Shown: positions 48,457-62,173 of the stretch, piece after piece
Layout: each line of letters starts with the position of its first letter
Numbering within the stretch: position 1 is the first letter of the stretch
NCBI GenBank assembly: GCA_047495785.1
Contig: JBLDXI010000032.1
Location: 3,472,001-3,536,000 of the forward strand
Length of the DNA stretch: 64,000 nt
Direction of reading: 5' to 3'
DNA from: Lepidodermella squamata
Taxonomy: Eukaryota; Animalia; Gastrotricha
Made by a program: the position numbers and the translations under genes
Notes under the pieces: generated by a model
What the model saw: the letters and a program-made list of their open reading frames with translations, nothing else
What the model was told of the DNA's origin: nothing
The model's database searches: none

Positions 48457-49545
48457 TGCTCAAATCAATTCAGCCGATTGCACGAAATTTCATCAGGATG
48501 TAAGCGTCGACTGCAAGTCGTTCACTCGGTATTGACAACGATGACTTGCAGCTGTTAGCCGGTCACTGCTTCTTTTACACTTGAACACTGATTTAGAGTG
48601 AGCAGCCAGATACATCGCCGAAACCCATAAAAGTCATTAGCTTGCAATAATCTCAAACAACTAAAGAAAATAACATAAAATCAATACGTGGATAGATAAT
48701 TATAGAACGTGCCACCATCTGATCTCAAAAACAGACAGCTGAGAGGCCAGCGGTTAACAATTAATGACATATAACTGGCAATAATTTCCAGTCCGAAGAG
48801 TCATGGTTTCATGTTTCATGAAATAAGGCATGAATGGGTAAGGTTGGACTTTGCTCTTTACTCTACAACACTTGTTATTCATATCAGTAGACCTGGTAAA
48901 AAAAACAACAAGGCAGCTCAGCGGAATTAAGTAGGGCTTGTCAACTTGTGAATAAAAGGCTTTCGGCTTTCAGCTTTCGGACGGTGGACAAGAAAAACAT
49001 AGCTTTGGTTCGTGCTAGTAGACCAGTATCGAACATCAAACGTAAAAAGACTAAAAATCCCCACAACATAAGTAGGCAGAAAGCAGACAACAAGCCTCGA
49101 TATTACGAAAAACGAGAAAATTGACTCTTTCCGGGTTACCAAATTAAGAGCTTTTCAATTTTAAAACAAGAAAGCTTCTCTCAGTGACTGAAAATTCCAA
49201 TTATCAGAATGATACGCGATACGCTTAAATGTGAAAGGGGTTGTTGTAAGCATCACGAGGGAGCTTTCGGCTTCACCTCAAGTATGCCGACTTCGGAAAT
49301 GTCGGGGAAAACCATTTCAAATCGAGTCACGCAACGAAGTTTGGTTTTCACGCTAATTAAAATGGCGAATATTAATTTGATTTCATTCGCATCTGAGCTT
49401 TCATAAATCGGTGGAAAATCGAGTATTCAATATTTTTCACATTTTTGCGTTTGCCGCGAAAAAAGAACTTCGATCGAGGGTCAGTTACGGAGTGCGCTCG
49501 TCCGACTGTCTGGTATTTGTAGGTCAACTTTTGTTCCTTTACTTC

Positions 49546-49575
49546 TATATTGCATCAGTCTATATTGCATCAGTC
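49546..49575 (+). repeat. Perfect 15-bp tandem duplication
   Basis: TATATTGCATCAGTC twice, upstream of the carrier gene. Confidence 0.85.
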
Positions 49576-49642
49576 CATGCCAAAACCAAATATTGAGCTT
49601 ACTAATGTTTTATGAACAGCGTTTTAGCTTTTACATGGTTTC

Positions 49643-50936
49643 ATGGTGGTCTCCTCCGGAAATGACCCCTCTGCAGCCGATGATGATGAACACCACGCGA
49701 ATAGGCGCCCAGATAACGTGTTTTTGCGAGATGTTAATTTGAAAAAATATCTCGTTTTAAATGCCGCGCAAACCCTTGCGATTGATATTCTGTTCTATCC
49801 CTTGGATGTCGTCAGGACGCGGTTACAGGTACAAGATAGAACACGAGAGGTAAGAGAGTGATCCTAAGAAGATCATGATTTTTGATACACATTCTTCGAA
49901 TGATACAGAGAGCTGGAGATATGGTTCGAATGTTTCGATCACTAATAGCGAAGGAGGGTGTGAAAGGGTTGTTTAGTGGTTTCCTTCCGTCCAGTATGTT
50001 TGATGGCTGGTTAGATATCGAATATGACATGGTTGTGTTTACTAGTGTGTGGCGGTTATCCGGGTCATGCTATATATTACGTCGCGTTTGAATGGTCCAG
50101 AAATACTTTCGATGAAATGGTCTTTCAAAACGGGAGGGCTGAGCGGCATCTCTATTTGGGTATAATTATATCTTTCTTATATAACTATTACGATTTTCGG
50201 TTCGCGGCATGACACAGATGTTGCCGTAAGCGCTGCTGCCGGTATAACTGCTGAAGCGACGAGTGGCTTGTTTTGGGTTCCGGGCGATATAATATCCCAA
50301 CGACTCCAGGTTCGAACGCTTCCTGGATTTGGCAATCCACATCATCAAGGTGCTATCGACGTTGCAAAGAGCATATCTTCCACTGAAGGGCTTCGAGGAT
50401 TTTATCGTGGCTACTGGGCTTCACTCTTTATTTATGCGTAAGGATAACTTAGCTGAGACTTGATGCATTGTTCACATTCTGATTTATTTTAGACCTGGTA
50501 GCGTAAGTTAACCAGCCGTTTAATCAGCAAGCATTTTATACAATTTTCACAGGCGATATGGTGGGCTGTTTATGAATTTTTCAAAGATAGAATTCACGCG
50601 GCCTATGATTCCATGGGACTTGGACAAAAAGTCTACACCGATTCATCCGTTCACCTGTTGTCTGGTTGCTGCGCCGGTGTATCTGCTTCCCTTTTTCTAA
50701 ATCCACTGGAAGTAGCTCGCACACGTTATCAAGTCATCGAAGCCACATCAGCCACTAATATTGAACGGATAAAGCGTGGCTTTCTATCTATGCTGTTCAA
50801 TCTTGCGAAAAATGAAGGAATACATGGACTATATCGAGGACTGTTACCTAGACTGTGCGTTTCTGTTCCTGGGACCTCTCTCTCCGTCGTATCGTATGAA
50901 TTTGTCAAACGTCTTTGTAAAGAAGACTCTGACTGA
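49643..50936 (+). CDS. Mitochondrial carrier (SLC25), SLC25A44-like
   Basis: Three carrier signatures (YPLDVVRTRLQV, VPGDIISQRLQV, NPLEVARTRYQV). Exons 49643-49849, 49909-49993, 50046-50159, 50218-50437, 50493-50502, 50553-50936. Confidence 0.9.
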
Positions 50937-51147
50937 TGCGATCACAGCCTTTTTGAAGAACTTTAGTTTTTCGAATTCCTCAAACCAGTAGCAATGCCAG
51001 GTCTATGTTTTTCTTGACGCGGCCTCTCTGAGGTATTTTTTGTTGAGGCTTAAAAATCACACATTTTGTAAAGCTTTCATATAATATTTTATGAAACGGT
51101 CATTTTTGACTTGATATTATTAGATTTTAATTGTTTAATTAATATCA

Positions 51148-53643
51148 ATGCGACTGTTAATGCTGAGCCGGCTTCGATCGCCGTTTCAAGCAGCCTATCG
51201 ATTTTGCAGTCAGCCTCCAAAAGGGTTCGAGAAATTTTTTGATAAAAAAGCGCCTCAGCCGAACAAATCGGCTCAGCCTAAACAACCAGAACCTGCACCA
51301 AAACCTCAGGAGAAGCCGAAAATCCCTCCTCCAGCCGGCATCCCGAAATCACAGCAGGATTATTTCTCAAAGTTCAAGTACGTTATTGGATAATTGATTG
51401 CCTAATCAATGCATTCACTTGAAACTATTGCTATTCTTCAGGATAAATACCAATTCCGGTGGTCCAGGAGGATCAGAGTCAAATCAAAACTACTGGCTCA
51501 TTGCAGCTGCTCTCGCTTCTGCTGGCTTGGGCCTCGCATTTTTGAACAATGCTAGATACCAGGAAATCACATGGAAAGAATTCGTCAATAAATATCTCAC
51601 CAAAGGTGTCGTGCAGAAGCTTGAGGTCGTAAATAAGAAGTGGGTGCGCGTTAAATTCGATCCTAACCACTTGGGCGAAGGTTCCAGCATTCTATGGTTC
51701 AACATTGGTAGCGTAGAAGCTTTCGAGAGGAATTTGGAACAGGCGCAACAAGAGATTGGCACTGAGCCCCATAATTATTTGACTGTTATTTACAAGCAAG
51801 CGATCGACTGGTAAGATCATCCTTTGTTGAATTTTGTGAAATGATGACGTTGATGTGTTTCCAGGCAATCTTTACTGACCGATAGTGCCTTAAATTGGAT
51901 TATACCTATCGCTTTGGTCATTTGGTTCTGGCGCCGATCGATGGGCCAAGGTCTTCAACAAGTTAGATTGTGAAAATCGAATGTGCCTTTTTATTTGTTG
52001 TATGAAATTAGGCTGGACGTGGTGGTGCTCGCGGAGGCATGTTCGGTTTCGGTCAAACCACTGCCAAAGTCATTAACAAGGAAGATATTAAAGCCCGCTT
52101 TGCCGATGTGGCTGGTTGTGAAGAGGCTAAAATCGAAATTATGGAGTTCGTCAACTTCCTACGCAACCCTCAACAATACATTGATCTCGGAGCGAAAATT
52201 CCGAAAGGTGCCCTTTTAACTGGTCCGCCCGGTACCGGCAAGACCCTGCTTGCCAAGGCGACAGCTGGCGAGGCCCATGTGCCTTTCATCACAGTTTCCG
52301 GATCTGAGTTCTTGGAAATGTTTGTCGGTGTCGGCCCGTCTCGAGTTCGCGACATGTTCGCCCTGGCTCGTAAAAGCGCGCCTTGCATTTTGTTCATCGA
52401 CGAAATCGATGCTGTTGGCCGCAAGCGCAGCGGGCGAAGTTTCGGCGGCCATTCCGAGCAGGAAAACACGCTGAATCAACTTCTCGTGGAAATGGATGGT
52501 TTCACGTCACAGGCTGGTGTCGTGATCATGGCTGCTACCAACCGCGTCGACATTCTTGACCCGGCATTGCTGCGTCCGGGTCGTTTCGATCGATCTATTT
52601 TTGTCCCATTGCCCGATATCAAAGGCCGCGCTTCGATTTTCCGCGTTCACATGAAGCCACTGAAAACTACGCTGAATAAGGAAGAAGTTTCGCGTAAATT
52701 GGCAGCGTTGACCCCCGGATTCTCCGGTGCTGATATCAGCAATGTGTGCAACGAAGCCGCCTTAATAGCTGCCCGAGATAACAATACCGAAGTTTTCCTG
52801 AAGCATTTTGAAGCTGCGATTGAGCGAGTTGTTGCTGGTATGGAGAAGAAGAGCCGAGTTCTTCAGCCCGAGGAGAAGAAAACCGTCGCGTATCACGAAG
52901 CTGGCCACGCAGTTGCTGGTTGGTACTTGGAACATGCCGATCCGTTGTTGAAGGTTTCGATCATACCCCGAGGCAAGGGTCTTGGCTATGCCCAATATTT
53001 ACCGAAAGAGCAATATCTGTACAGCCAACCGCAGCTGCTCGATAGAATGTGCATGACCCTAGGCGGCCGCATCTCTGAGCAAATATTTTTCGGCCGCATC
53101 ACCACCGGGGCGCAGGATGATTTGCAAAAAGTCACGCAGATGGCCTATGCTCAGGTAGTATCTTTCGGTATGAGCAAGAAAGTTGGCGCGTTGTCGTTCC
53201 AGCAGCCCGAGCGAGGTGAAATGGTGTTTGATAAGCCCTACTCCGAAGCGACTGCCCAAATGATTGATGAAGAAGTGCGAACTCTGGTCAGCGATGCGTA
53301 TAAACGCACCGAGCAACTGCTGACGGATAAAAAGCCGGATGTGGAGAAGGTTGCCAAGCTGCTGCTTGAAAAAGAAGTCCTGAGCAAAGATGATATGGTC
53401 ACCTTGCTTGGAGCTCGCCCATTCGGCGAGAAAACTACCTATGAACAGTTCGTTGAAGGAACTGGTTCACTCGATGAAGATACCTCTCTACCCGAGGGAT
53501 TAAAGGTGATTTTTTGCAACTTTTCACAGCTTAACTTGAAAATGTATTTTTAACAGGGCTGGAATATTGATAAGAAGAAGGAAGGCGAGAAGAAAGACGG
53601 CGAGAAGAAGGATGACAAGGAGGAGAAAAAGTCATCTAGCTGA
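51148..53643 (+). CDS. AFG3L2: m-AAA protease AFG3L2
   Basis: EITWKEFV, Walker A GPPGTGKT, Walker [24 protein letters not shown] zincin motif, ITTGAQDDL. Introns 51378-51441, 51811-51864, 51962-52011, 53506-53556. Confidence 0.96.
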
Positions 53644-54031
53644 ATAATTACATAATAGGAACTTTCTCGTCATTTAATGATGCGAAATTGTTAGCTCTAG
53701 TGTCTTCCGGTCTTTCTCGGCTGTTTCAAAAGACGAAATATATTGACGTTTGAAAATATCCTCAGTGAATTTGCGCCACCCTTTGGTTTTTTACTTTAAC
53801 GAATGATTGATAAAAATAATAAAAAGCAGCCAAATATTTTGCTGAAGTTTCACTCTTCGATAAAAAATAACACAAAAATCAGCAACCACGAAATAATTTA
53901 TTGCTTTATAATTACAAAAGCCGCGATAACACGTCAGACGTTCCGGAATATTTACTGTTTAATAATATAGCAGGTTTCCGCGAATGAGGAGAGAAAGCCC
54001 ATAATCGTAGACTCGCCGTTCGATAGCCATT

Positions 54032-54393
54032 TTAGCCGACAACCAGTTTTATGAGGATCGTAACAAAATTCAGGAATATCAGCGGATCTAAATAAAATCG
54101 GTTCAAATATAATTCTTGCGCTTTGAAGCAAACTTACAAGTCATGACCATTTTGACGGCTCGAACCAACTGTGAAAATTGTCCTGTCACCGACGGTTGAC
54201 CGGAATTGTATTGTCCGTACGCTGGAGGATCATTTCTGCTTTTGAAAACTAAATCAAACTGAGCAATGATGTCCGACAAATACCCAAATAATGGAGACTT
54301 ACATTTATTCAAAAACCGTTCCTCATTCAAAATGCATAACGCGTTCAGGGAAAGCAGGATCACTTGGTAAAGCGTGAACAAAGTCAGCGCCAT
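54032..54393 (-). CDS. IER3IP1: IER3IP1/Yos1 small ER membrane protein
   Basis: LLSLNALCILNEERFLNK...LVRAVKMVMTYPLIFLNFVTILIKLVVG; exons 54393-54303, 54248-54138, 54087-54032. Confidence 0.92.
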
Positions 54394-55252
54394 ATTTTTC
54401 GATAAACTTTTAAAAGGCTAAAACGAGAAAACGCCGTGAATTAGGGCAAATTATTCCAATTTTTATTGTTGTTTGTTTTCCATCAGAATTTCCCAATCTT
54501 TTTCAGAAAGGATCAAGCAAGAACAAAATTGCAAGAAACATCATCGCTTGCGTGGCCCGAAACTAGGCACACCCAGCCCCGACACAATATATAACTGAAT
54601 CAACCAAAACAGAGAAAAGAACTTGGCTGAGTCATCAAAATTCCTCACAGCGGATCATTCGCGAATAACTTATCCGCAACATTATTTTTCATTAATTTGA
54701 CATGCGTTGTCAGCTAAAATCAGTGATTCAATTATTTGCTTTCTCGCCGTTATCCCACAAAAGTAGGAATCTGATATAATCGAGGAGGAAACAGAAAATC
54801 GATTGAAAAAAATTAGTTAATTTTTACTAATCAACAAAGATTGATAATATTTTAAAATTGTAGCAGCAAAGTGATTCAAAGTATTTAATAATTAGGTAAA
54901 TTCGATCATCTGAACGGATGGCGACTTGACAGACTTGACATTTGCCACGAAATATGGTTACGTTGAAATCGGAAAACAATGATTTAAACAACAACGAGCG
55001 CAACAACGACAATGTTTCTGACAGACTTTATATTAGCCACTTATATTTTTTTTCAATTTCGAGACTCGAGCAGTTCAAATTGTATATGAATCGCACGGAA
55101 GCATTCGACTCGACATTTACTTTTTTTGCAGGCGAGAGATGTGAGAGTTGTAGCGAGAGAAAAAGAGATACTTGTAAAATTTGTTATATATAATCTAGAA
55201 GCGAGAAAACAGGACTAGAAGACGAAAGTGCCAAAAATTGTAATGAATAAAA

Positions 55253-58200
55253 CTAGAACATAGCATGCGGCCCTCCGTCGGATCGATGCAGCGCCAGGGT
55301 CTTCAACAGCTTCTGCGCAAAGTCTTTACGCAAATTCTTGTTCTTCTTTATACTCGTCAGAATTTCGTTAAACTGCTTCGTGCCCGATGGCGTTTTCGTG
55401 AACAGGCGCTTCGCATTCGACAACATGTGCATAAAATCTTCCTGTTCAGCCTGCAACAAATGCGCTGTTTTGTGTTGAATCGTTGCGCGGTAGTTTGTCA
55501 ACGCTTTGTGGTACATTTGGTTCCACGTTTGTTGCAGCGGACCAAGGCTGGCCTGCAATGACGGCCCATTGCCGCCACCCTGCATCAACCCGGCCATGTA
55601 TTCCTCGAGCAAGTCGCACATTTCTTGCAGGACGGGCCCGTCAGGTAAGGCGACGAGGACTAGTCGGCAAACTTCGTCCACCTTATCCGGGCCGATGACA
55701 ACCGCAGTGTGGAATAGCCACTTGACGTTGCCTAGCAGGGGTGGCGGGGCTTTCGAGACTTTCACCGTGGCTGGTTTGTCTTCCATCGACCGGCGAATCT
55801 GCTCCATCGCCAACATTCCAACGCGAAAAGCTGCCATCAAAAAGTAATTGTGGGTTTCGTTAACGTTAACCTGCGGCGGCTGGACTTGCTGGGCCGCTTG
55901 TTGTTGTTGCGGAGGAGGTTGGTACATATTTTGCTGCTGGTTCTGCTGTGGTGGCGGCAGTTGAGGCAGGGCGAATTGGCCCAATTGATGCTCCATAACC
56001 GCAGCTAGGCCGAAAGGATTCTGCCCAGCATCCGCATACATCGCCTGGTTTTGAATCGGGGCGCCGTAGGGTAGCATGTAACCCGGTACGAGGTGATACT
56101 GCGACGAACCAGCCGGGTTCGAGCCAGCAAACTGCATCAAGTAGGGCTGGTTGTATGGGAAACCAGGGTTATACGCGTTGAATTGCGGGTTGAACGCTTG
56201 AGGATTGAACATTGCGTTCAACTGAGGTTGTTGCTGAGGTTGAATCATGGCCGGCACGACCGGGGCGACCATTTGCTGAGCCGGAACTTGCGGCATTTGA
56301 TGCATTTGCGGGTGGTGAACAACGCTCTGTTGCAACGGAACGGACGATTTAGCTTGTAATTTGTGGTAAATCTCAAGCAATTTTTCAGCTGTTGCGAACA
56401 AGACATCCTGCGGCACGGTTCCACTTTGCATAGCGGCTTGTTCGACGGCTAAACAGGCGGATTTGACCTTGTCTAAACTCAGCTCCTCGCACTGATCTAA
56501 CGCCCGCCGAACTTCGGCGACTGTTAAGCAGGATGCGAATTCAAGCGCGCGATATGCCAATTCAACGCTTGACCGTATGACCTGCCGGTCTGGAACTCGA
56601 CCAGCCTGGTCAGCCAACCTAGCAACTTCAGACGGGGTCAAATGACCCTCCCACGCCTCAATCAACAACCTGAGGGCTGGCACGCCGATTTCAATGGCTT
56701 GCATGATTATCCATGAGCCGTAAGTTGAGTACAAACGGGACAGCCAGGTTATGTTAACCGCGTTATGAAGGGCCAAGGCGTGCATTCCGATTTGGAACGC
56801 GCACATGTGGAGAGCGGCGTGAGGCCGCGTTTGCACAGGCCGGTTAAAATAGGTTTGGGTTGAATTGCCGCCGGCTTTTTGCAGAACCTGCTTCGCTAGT
56901 TCGAACACAAACTGAGCAGCTGCCTCGCTGGGTTGGTTCGGCTCGGTGGGCTGGAGGACACGCGATGGCCCGTTGCCGTTCCCATTCCCGCCGCCGTTAC
57001 CAGATTTCGAGTTCGAACCCCACCGGCTATTCGACGACCGGCCTTGCTGTTGCATTTGGGCACGGATTTGTTGGTTACCCGCTTCGGAATTGAACGATAA
57101 ACTTGTCGGCATTCGCCAATTTGGACCACCACGTCGCGAAAAAGTCGGCGAGTTGTCGGAACTCGTCGTCTCAGGCGCGCTGCTATCCGGCCCAGATGGT
57201 CGATTGTTGAACCTAGCCGGGCCCAGAGCGACGTTCTGTTGATTCGCCGCTTGAGGTCCGGGTTGATTGGGCCGAACTGATAAAACACAACGCAAACGAG
57301 CTGCCATTGCCCGCTCTTCTTGCTCGTCTTCCAGCGCACTGCTGTCTTCGGCGGCGGCGTCTGCAATCGGATCTCCACTCGATAGAACCCGGCGGAAACC
57401 CGATGCGGCGGCTTCTCCGCCCTCGGCTGACGCTACTTGCGAGCTGGCTGAGGGAATTTCGGTAACCGAGGAGCTAGCTGATGACGGCGCTTTCGGTACC
57501 TCAGGCTGGCGGTCAAGCAATTTGTTTAGCACTCGTTCCAATTTAGGAACTTCGTCCTTGTATGTCAAAAGTAGCTGCACGGCAAGTTCGCCTTTTTGGT
57601 GGCGGAAACTTTCGTATAACATAGGGTGTTCAACCTCGCAGACGGGCAGTTTGAACCCGACAGCCTCAAGAGCGGCTTGAAACCCAATATCTCGATCTTC
57701 CTCGTTTGAACCCGGCGAACACAACATGTCAAAAACGTAACCGGCTAATGTGATCGGGGGCCTGAGTCCAATCGAGTTATAGTGCCCAGAGCATATTTGC
57801 AGCGCCTTCTGCCGAACTACTGCGATTTCGTCGGCGCTTAGCTGCGGCAATCGACGTAAACATTCGACAACTTCTCGCTCTTGATGGACAAGTTTGACCT
57901 CGAGATACTTCGAAAAACACGGCGGACGGGGAATGTCAATAGAAAAAAGTCCGACGCGAAACGATAGCGGCCAATAGGTCGCATCACTCGATAGAACATT
58001 CAGTAAAAATTGCGCACGCGACAGCATTTGGGCGATGGAAACGCATTGAAGATATTCGGCTCGGAACGGCGCAGATTTACCCGCCGAATCTGTCACCAGA
58101 GTAGGCGGATTTTCCAAGATTCGAATGCATAAATCACGCGCTAGATCGCTTGCCATCGAAGAATAGCCATGAGCGTACAGAGCTTCGGCCCTCGCAAATA

Positions 58201-60253
58201 ACTCTTCAATAGAGTCAGGAACGGGAGGTTGAATAGCGCTATTACCAAACTCAGCTCGAACCAAATCGACTAAATTTGTCGTCTCAGCATGATTGCGAGC
58301 GTAATGAGGGCAGAAAGTCGCGCCATTTGTCACTCGAAGAATAGAATTCTTGCGCTTTATCGCGTCCCACGAAACGAGACACGCTTCAATCGCCGGTCGA
58401 AATCGTGTGAATAAAGACATGCCTTCCTCGGATGAACACCACTCAACAACGTGGTTATTGCTGTTGTTGTTGTTATTGTTACTATTGTTCGACGTGCTTT
58501 GCTTATGAACGCATTCGAAGACCAGCTTGTGCATAGCCATGAGTTCGAGGCACAAATTAGCCCGACTTTCGTCGTCAAGGGCCGGATTTAGTGCTCCGAT
58601 CCGCCACAAAGCAACGACTTCGTCGCACAAACTGGCAGCTGCATATCGTTGGAACATTGCATTTTCAGCATTTCCACTCGCATTGCCACCTCCTGGGAAT
58701 TGGTACTGCGACTGATGGTAATGCAAGTGATGAGCTTGAGAGTAATTGTTGCATTGAGCTCCGTTCCTGCCGCAATTTCTCGAAGATCCGCCACGCAATC
58801 CGTGATCTTCCCCTACCAGCATTTTCGTTTGAAACCACCACAACAAAATTTTTCCAGCGTCTAAAATTTTCCTCGTGACTATTTGGAGTAAAACCAACGC
58901 GTTCGAGTCCTGACGTCGGAACATATGCCTAACAATTTGCAGCAAGTTCCAAACACCCTCAGGATCGTGGCCACGAAGCGGTCGCAACAAATTGATATAT
59001 TCGGTAGAGATCGGCGAAGTTTCGGCCGATAATGTTTGTATGTCGCTGTAAATTTGAGGAGCCGGTTTCACGAATTCCGAAATTGCTATCGACAACTTTT
59101 CTTCGACAGCTTTTTCGTCAAGCAGCCAACCAGCATACTCTGACAAACATCCACCAGCAGTTGGGTCAGGTGCACCGCATGCCATGTTGATGTCGTTCGG
59201 AACGTTTGACAGCAATTCATCCAGAATTTGCTGTGCAACTGTCAAGTTTTGTACCGGTAGTTTGCTAATCAAAAATTGTGCAAATTTTTGGAGCTGGTTT
59301 CTTTCGAGCTTCCCTAGTGATTCCGAAATCGGTGTTCTCAGTTGGACTCTCTCGGGCTCATTGATCCGAAATAGACACAACGCCACGACATGGCTGCACC
59401 AAGTTTGAGACGAACGGCCCCGCTTACCTTCGCCACAAACGCATGAGATCGCAGCAGCATTTATTACTTCATTTCTGTTTTGACGCTGTGGGCGTGTTGC
59501 TCCACAATTGCACACACCTCGCCTCTGTTCCACACACGAACAGGAACATGCGGTAATTTTACGCCGGTCAAACATGACTGATGTTCTGAATGTGGTGAGG
59601 GTCTCATTTGTAGGAGGGTGACTTGGTGAAACGGTAAGCGTGGCACTGAGATGGAAGCCAATTTGCACAACGTCCTATAGACAACATATCAAGTTTATTT
59701 GGTATTAGAGAATGACTTTTAACTCACATTGATGGCGACATTCGATTTGTACAGCTGCTCGCCTTTTACAAATTCATCCACGGAACCATTAGCGAGACAA
59801 GAGTACAAGCGAATAGATGCCTCGTCGTCAGGAAATGAGTAAAACGCTACTTTCAATTGAACAACATCTGGAATTCGCGAGAGGCATCTCTCAACAGCTT
59901 CGAAGGGAAAATGCCGACCAACGTAGCGAGCACTAATATCAACCAAGCTTTCAATGGCTCCTTTGCTTTTACCAAAAGCCTTTTGCTTTTCATCAACTTT
60001 CCAAGAAGCATCTGCAAATTAACAAATAATTTAGCAAAAAAGTCTCCCAAGACTACAACCAGCGATCAGGCTTACCTTTGGGTTGACGGGCAGATGTAAT
60101 TGGTACGCGCCAATTGCGCCAATTGGGAGCTGAGCCACAGCTTTGACCACTCAAGTGGGAAGATGTTGACTCTTCTTCGATATGATCGCTATCCTCATCG
60201 GCCGGATAATCTTGCGCGTTGACATTCTCGGCTTCGGGGCCTGAGTCTTCCAT
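55253..60253 (-). CDS. ZSWIM8: ZSWIM8/EBAX-1 Cullin-RING substrate adaptor
   Basis: NWRNWR, BC-box IESLVDISARYV, SFPDDEASIRLYSCLANGS, QIGFHLSA, SWIM WCSHVVA, GAPDPTAG, DSSAPETTSSDNSP, PNQPSEAAA. Introns 60012-60075 and 59675-59727. Confidence 0.95.
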
Positions 60254-61213
60254 AAACTAAACAAGAGTATCTATAACAAGATATGAAAAAAACAGCTCAA
60301 CTCAGAATGATCATGATTTCAGTCGATTTCGAAGAAATAGGAAGACGACGAACGACGAGGGCATAAGGCATAAGGCAGGAGTTTTCAGGTTCAGAACTCT
60401 AAACAACCACTCAACACTCACTGAAGATTGAGTGCGGATTCTTGTCGATGTGGAGACAAAAAAAACGAGATCCAAGACCGGTTGGCAAGTTATTAAAAGT
60501 GAAGGTCAGTTGTGAATAATTTTTTTTGATGCCAAATTACTTATAGATAATTTGTGAACCAAAATCAATTTAATTTATGCACAAATTCAGTATTTTTGAA
60601 ATGGCGGGCTTTTTTCATTCAAAACCGGCACTGTGAGCTCGGCGAAGCGTTTTCTCTTTTCCTTTTCCTTTTCCTTAGCTCCAAGCTCCAGCTTGCTCCA
60701 CATGCACTGGGCATTTGATACACAGAATTTATCTCTAACGTTGATCTCTACGCAGTAATCATAATTGCCATCATCGCCACCTTAATACTTATCTAATACT
60801 TATCTAATATCGCCGTGAGCATTGGGACTCTAGACTATCGCTGACCGAATGGCTTTTGGTTGCAGATGGCTGTTTGGTATCATAATTTTTTTTTATTCGC
60901 ATTACGTTGATTTGCATTACCACCAATACGCCCTAATCTGGGAGTTCCGGTCCGTGTCAAATCATCCTTTCATCATAAGGCTAGGAATATCTATATAAGA
61001 CCGATAAGCTTTCGAGTTTTTTTATTACCCATCGATATTGTTAAGCTTACCTATAGCTACGAATATTTTTGAAAAGAGGGCAGCGCATCTTCCTGAGCGT
61101 ATTTGGTTACTGTTCATATTATAACTGTATTTTAGTTTGGTTACCATTTATCATTCATCATTTAACGTCATCGTTTTTGTTTTAGATTTTAATCTTAAAA
61201 AATTGTTATAATC

Positions 61214-62125
61214 ATGAGTCAGAGTGCTCCAGCTTTGTTTATACGATATGAAAACATTCGATCGTTGTTGTACCCACTGAAAGCTATTGTTTTCAATGAC
61301 AAAGCGAAATTATGTTTGGCTGTTTTTCATGCGGAAGCTCGCGGATTACGTATCACCGTGGAGCATGGGAAAGCTGCCCAAGCCGTAGCCTACTTGGATG
61401 GAAAGGGTTGCGACCAGTACTTACTCTCAGGCGACGAGGTGGAATTTGCTATTGATTTGCTCACTCTTATTCGATTTCTTGAAACTGGAATTTTTCCACA
61501 CGCCGCATCTACTTTCAATTCTGGACCAGTTGGCTCCGCTGCTCTCCGATTAACTTACGAACCTGGGCTGGAGAAAGCTGTCGAGGTTCACCTTGAATGC
61601 CCTACATTCTCAACGCGACTTCATCTCAAAACAATCGCTAATTGTGAGCTTCAAATGGAGAATCTCCTGGGACAGACTAGTGCAAATTTCAGCGCCAAGG
61701 TCATTTTGCAATGCGACGCTCTCAAAGAAGCATTTGTTGATCTCGATATTTCAAGTGAATTTTTATGTCTTGCAACATCTTCCGATCCAGCTTATTTACG
61801 TTTTTCTACAAACTCACGCTTAACCAGTGGTCATGTTGACTTTAATGCCGGTTCAACACATGGAACAAACCACATCGTGCAATATTTTCATTGCCGAGAA
61901 TCGGTTACTTTCAAATACCGAATGACCTTGTTCCGTGCCGCGCTCCGCGCCATGGTTTTCGGTCGCCGTGTTTCACTCCGTGTTCGATCCGACGGTATTC
62001 TAGCTCTTCAGTTTCAACTTCCTTCGCTCACTCCCGGTTTCGATGAAGATTTTGATGATTCTTGTTACACTTACGTGGACTACCTTTTCCGGGCTATCGA
62101 AGATGAAAGTCTTCTGAACTATTAA
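61214..62125 (+). CDS. RAD1: RAD1, 9-1-1 checkpoint clamp subunit
   Basis: LKAIVFND, GLRITVEHGKAAQAVAYL, KVILQCDALKEAFVDLD, VSLRVRSDGILALQF; intronless 303 aa. Confidence 0.88.
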   Translation: MSQSAPALFIRYENIRSLLYPLKAIVFNDKAKLCLAVFHAEARGLRITVEHGKAAQAVAYLDGKGCDQYLLSGDEVEFAIDLLTLIRFLETGIFPHAASTFNSGPVGSAALRLTYEPGLEKAVEVHLECPTFSTRLHLKTIANCELQMENLLGQTSANFSAKVILQCDALKEAFVDLDISSEFLCLATSSDPAYLRFSTNSRLTSGHVDFNAGSTHGTNHIVQYFHCRESVTFKYRMTLFRAALRAMVFGRRVSLRVRSDGILALQFQLPSLTPGFDEDFDDSCYTYVDYLFRAIEDESLLNY

Positions 62126-62173
62126 TACAATTTTTGAAGTAGTTGTTTTGTTCAATATAGGGTTGTTAATAAA

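Noticed and set aside
60360-60380. GGCATAA repeats as interstitial telomere-like sequence
   Set aside because: Only about 2.5 units; too short to support.
62109-62160. Spliced RAD1-ePHD fusion
   Set aside because: The only nearby donor (GTCTTC) is weak and the join is out of frame with the ePHD ORF.
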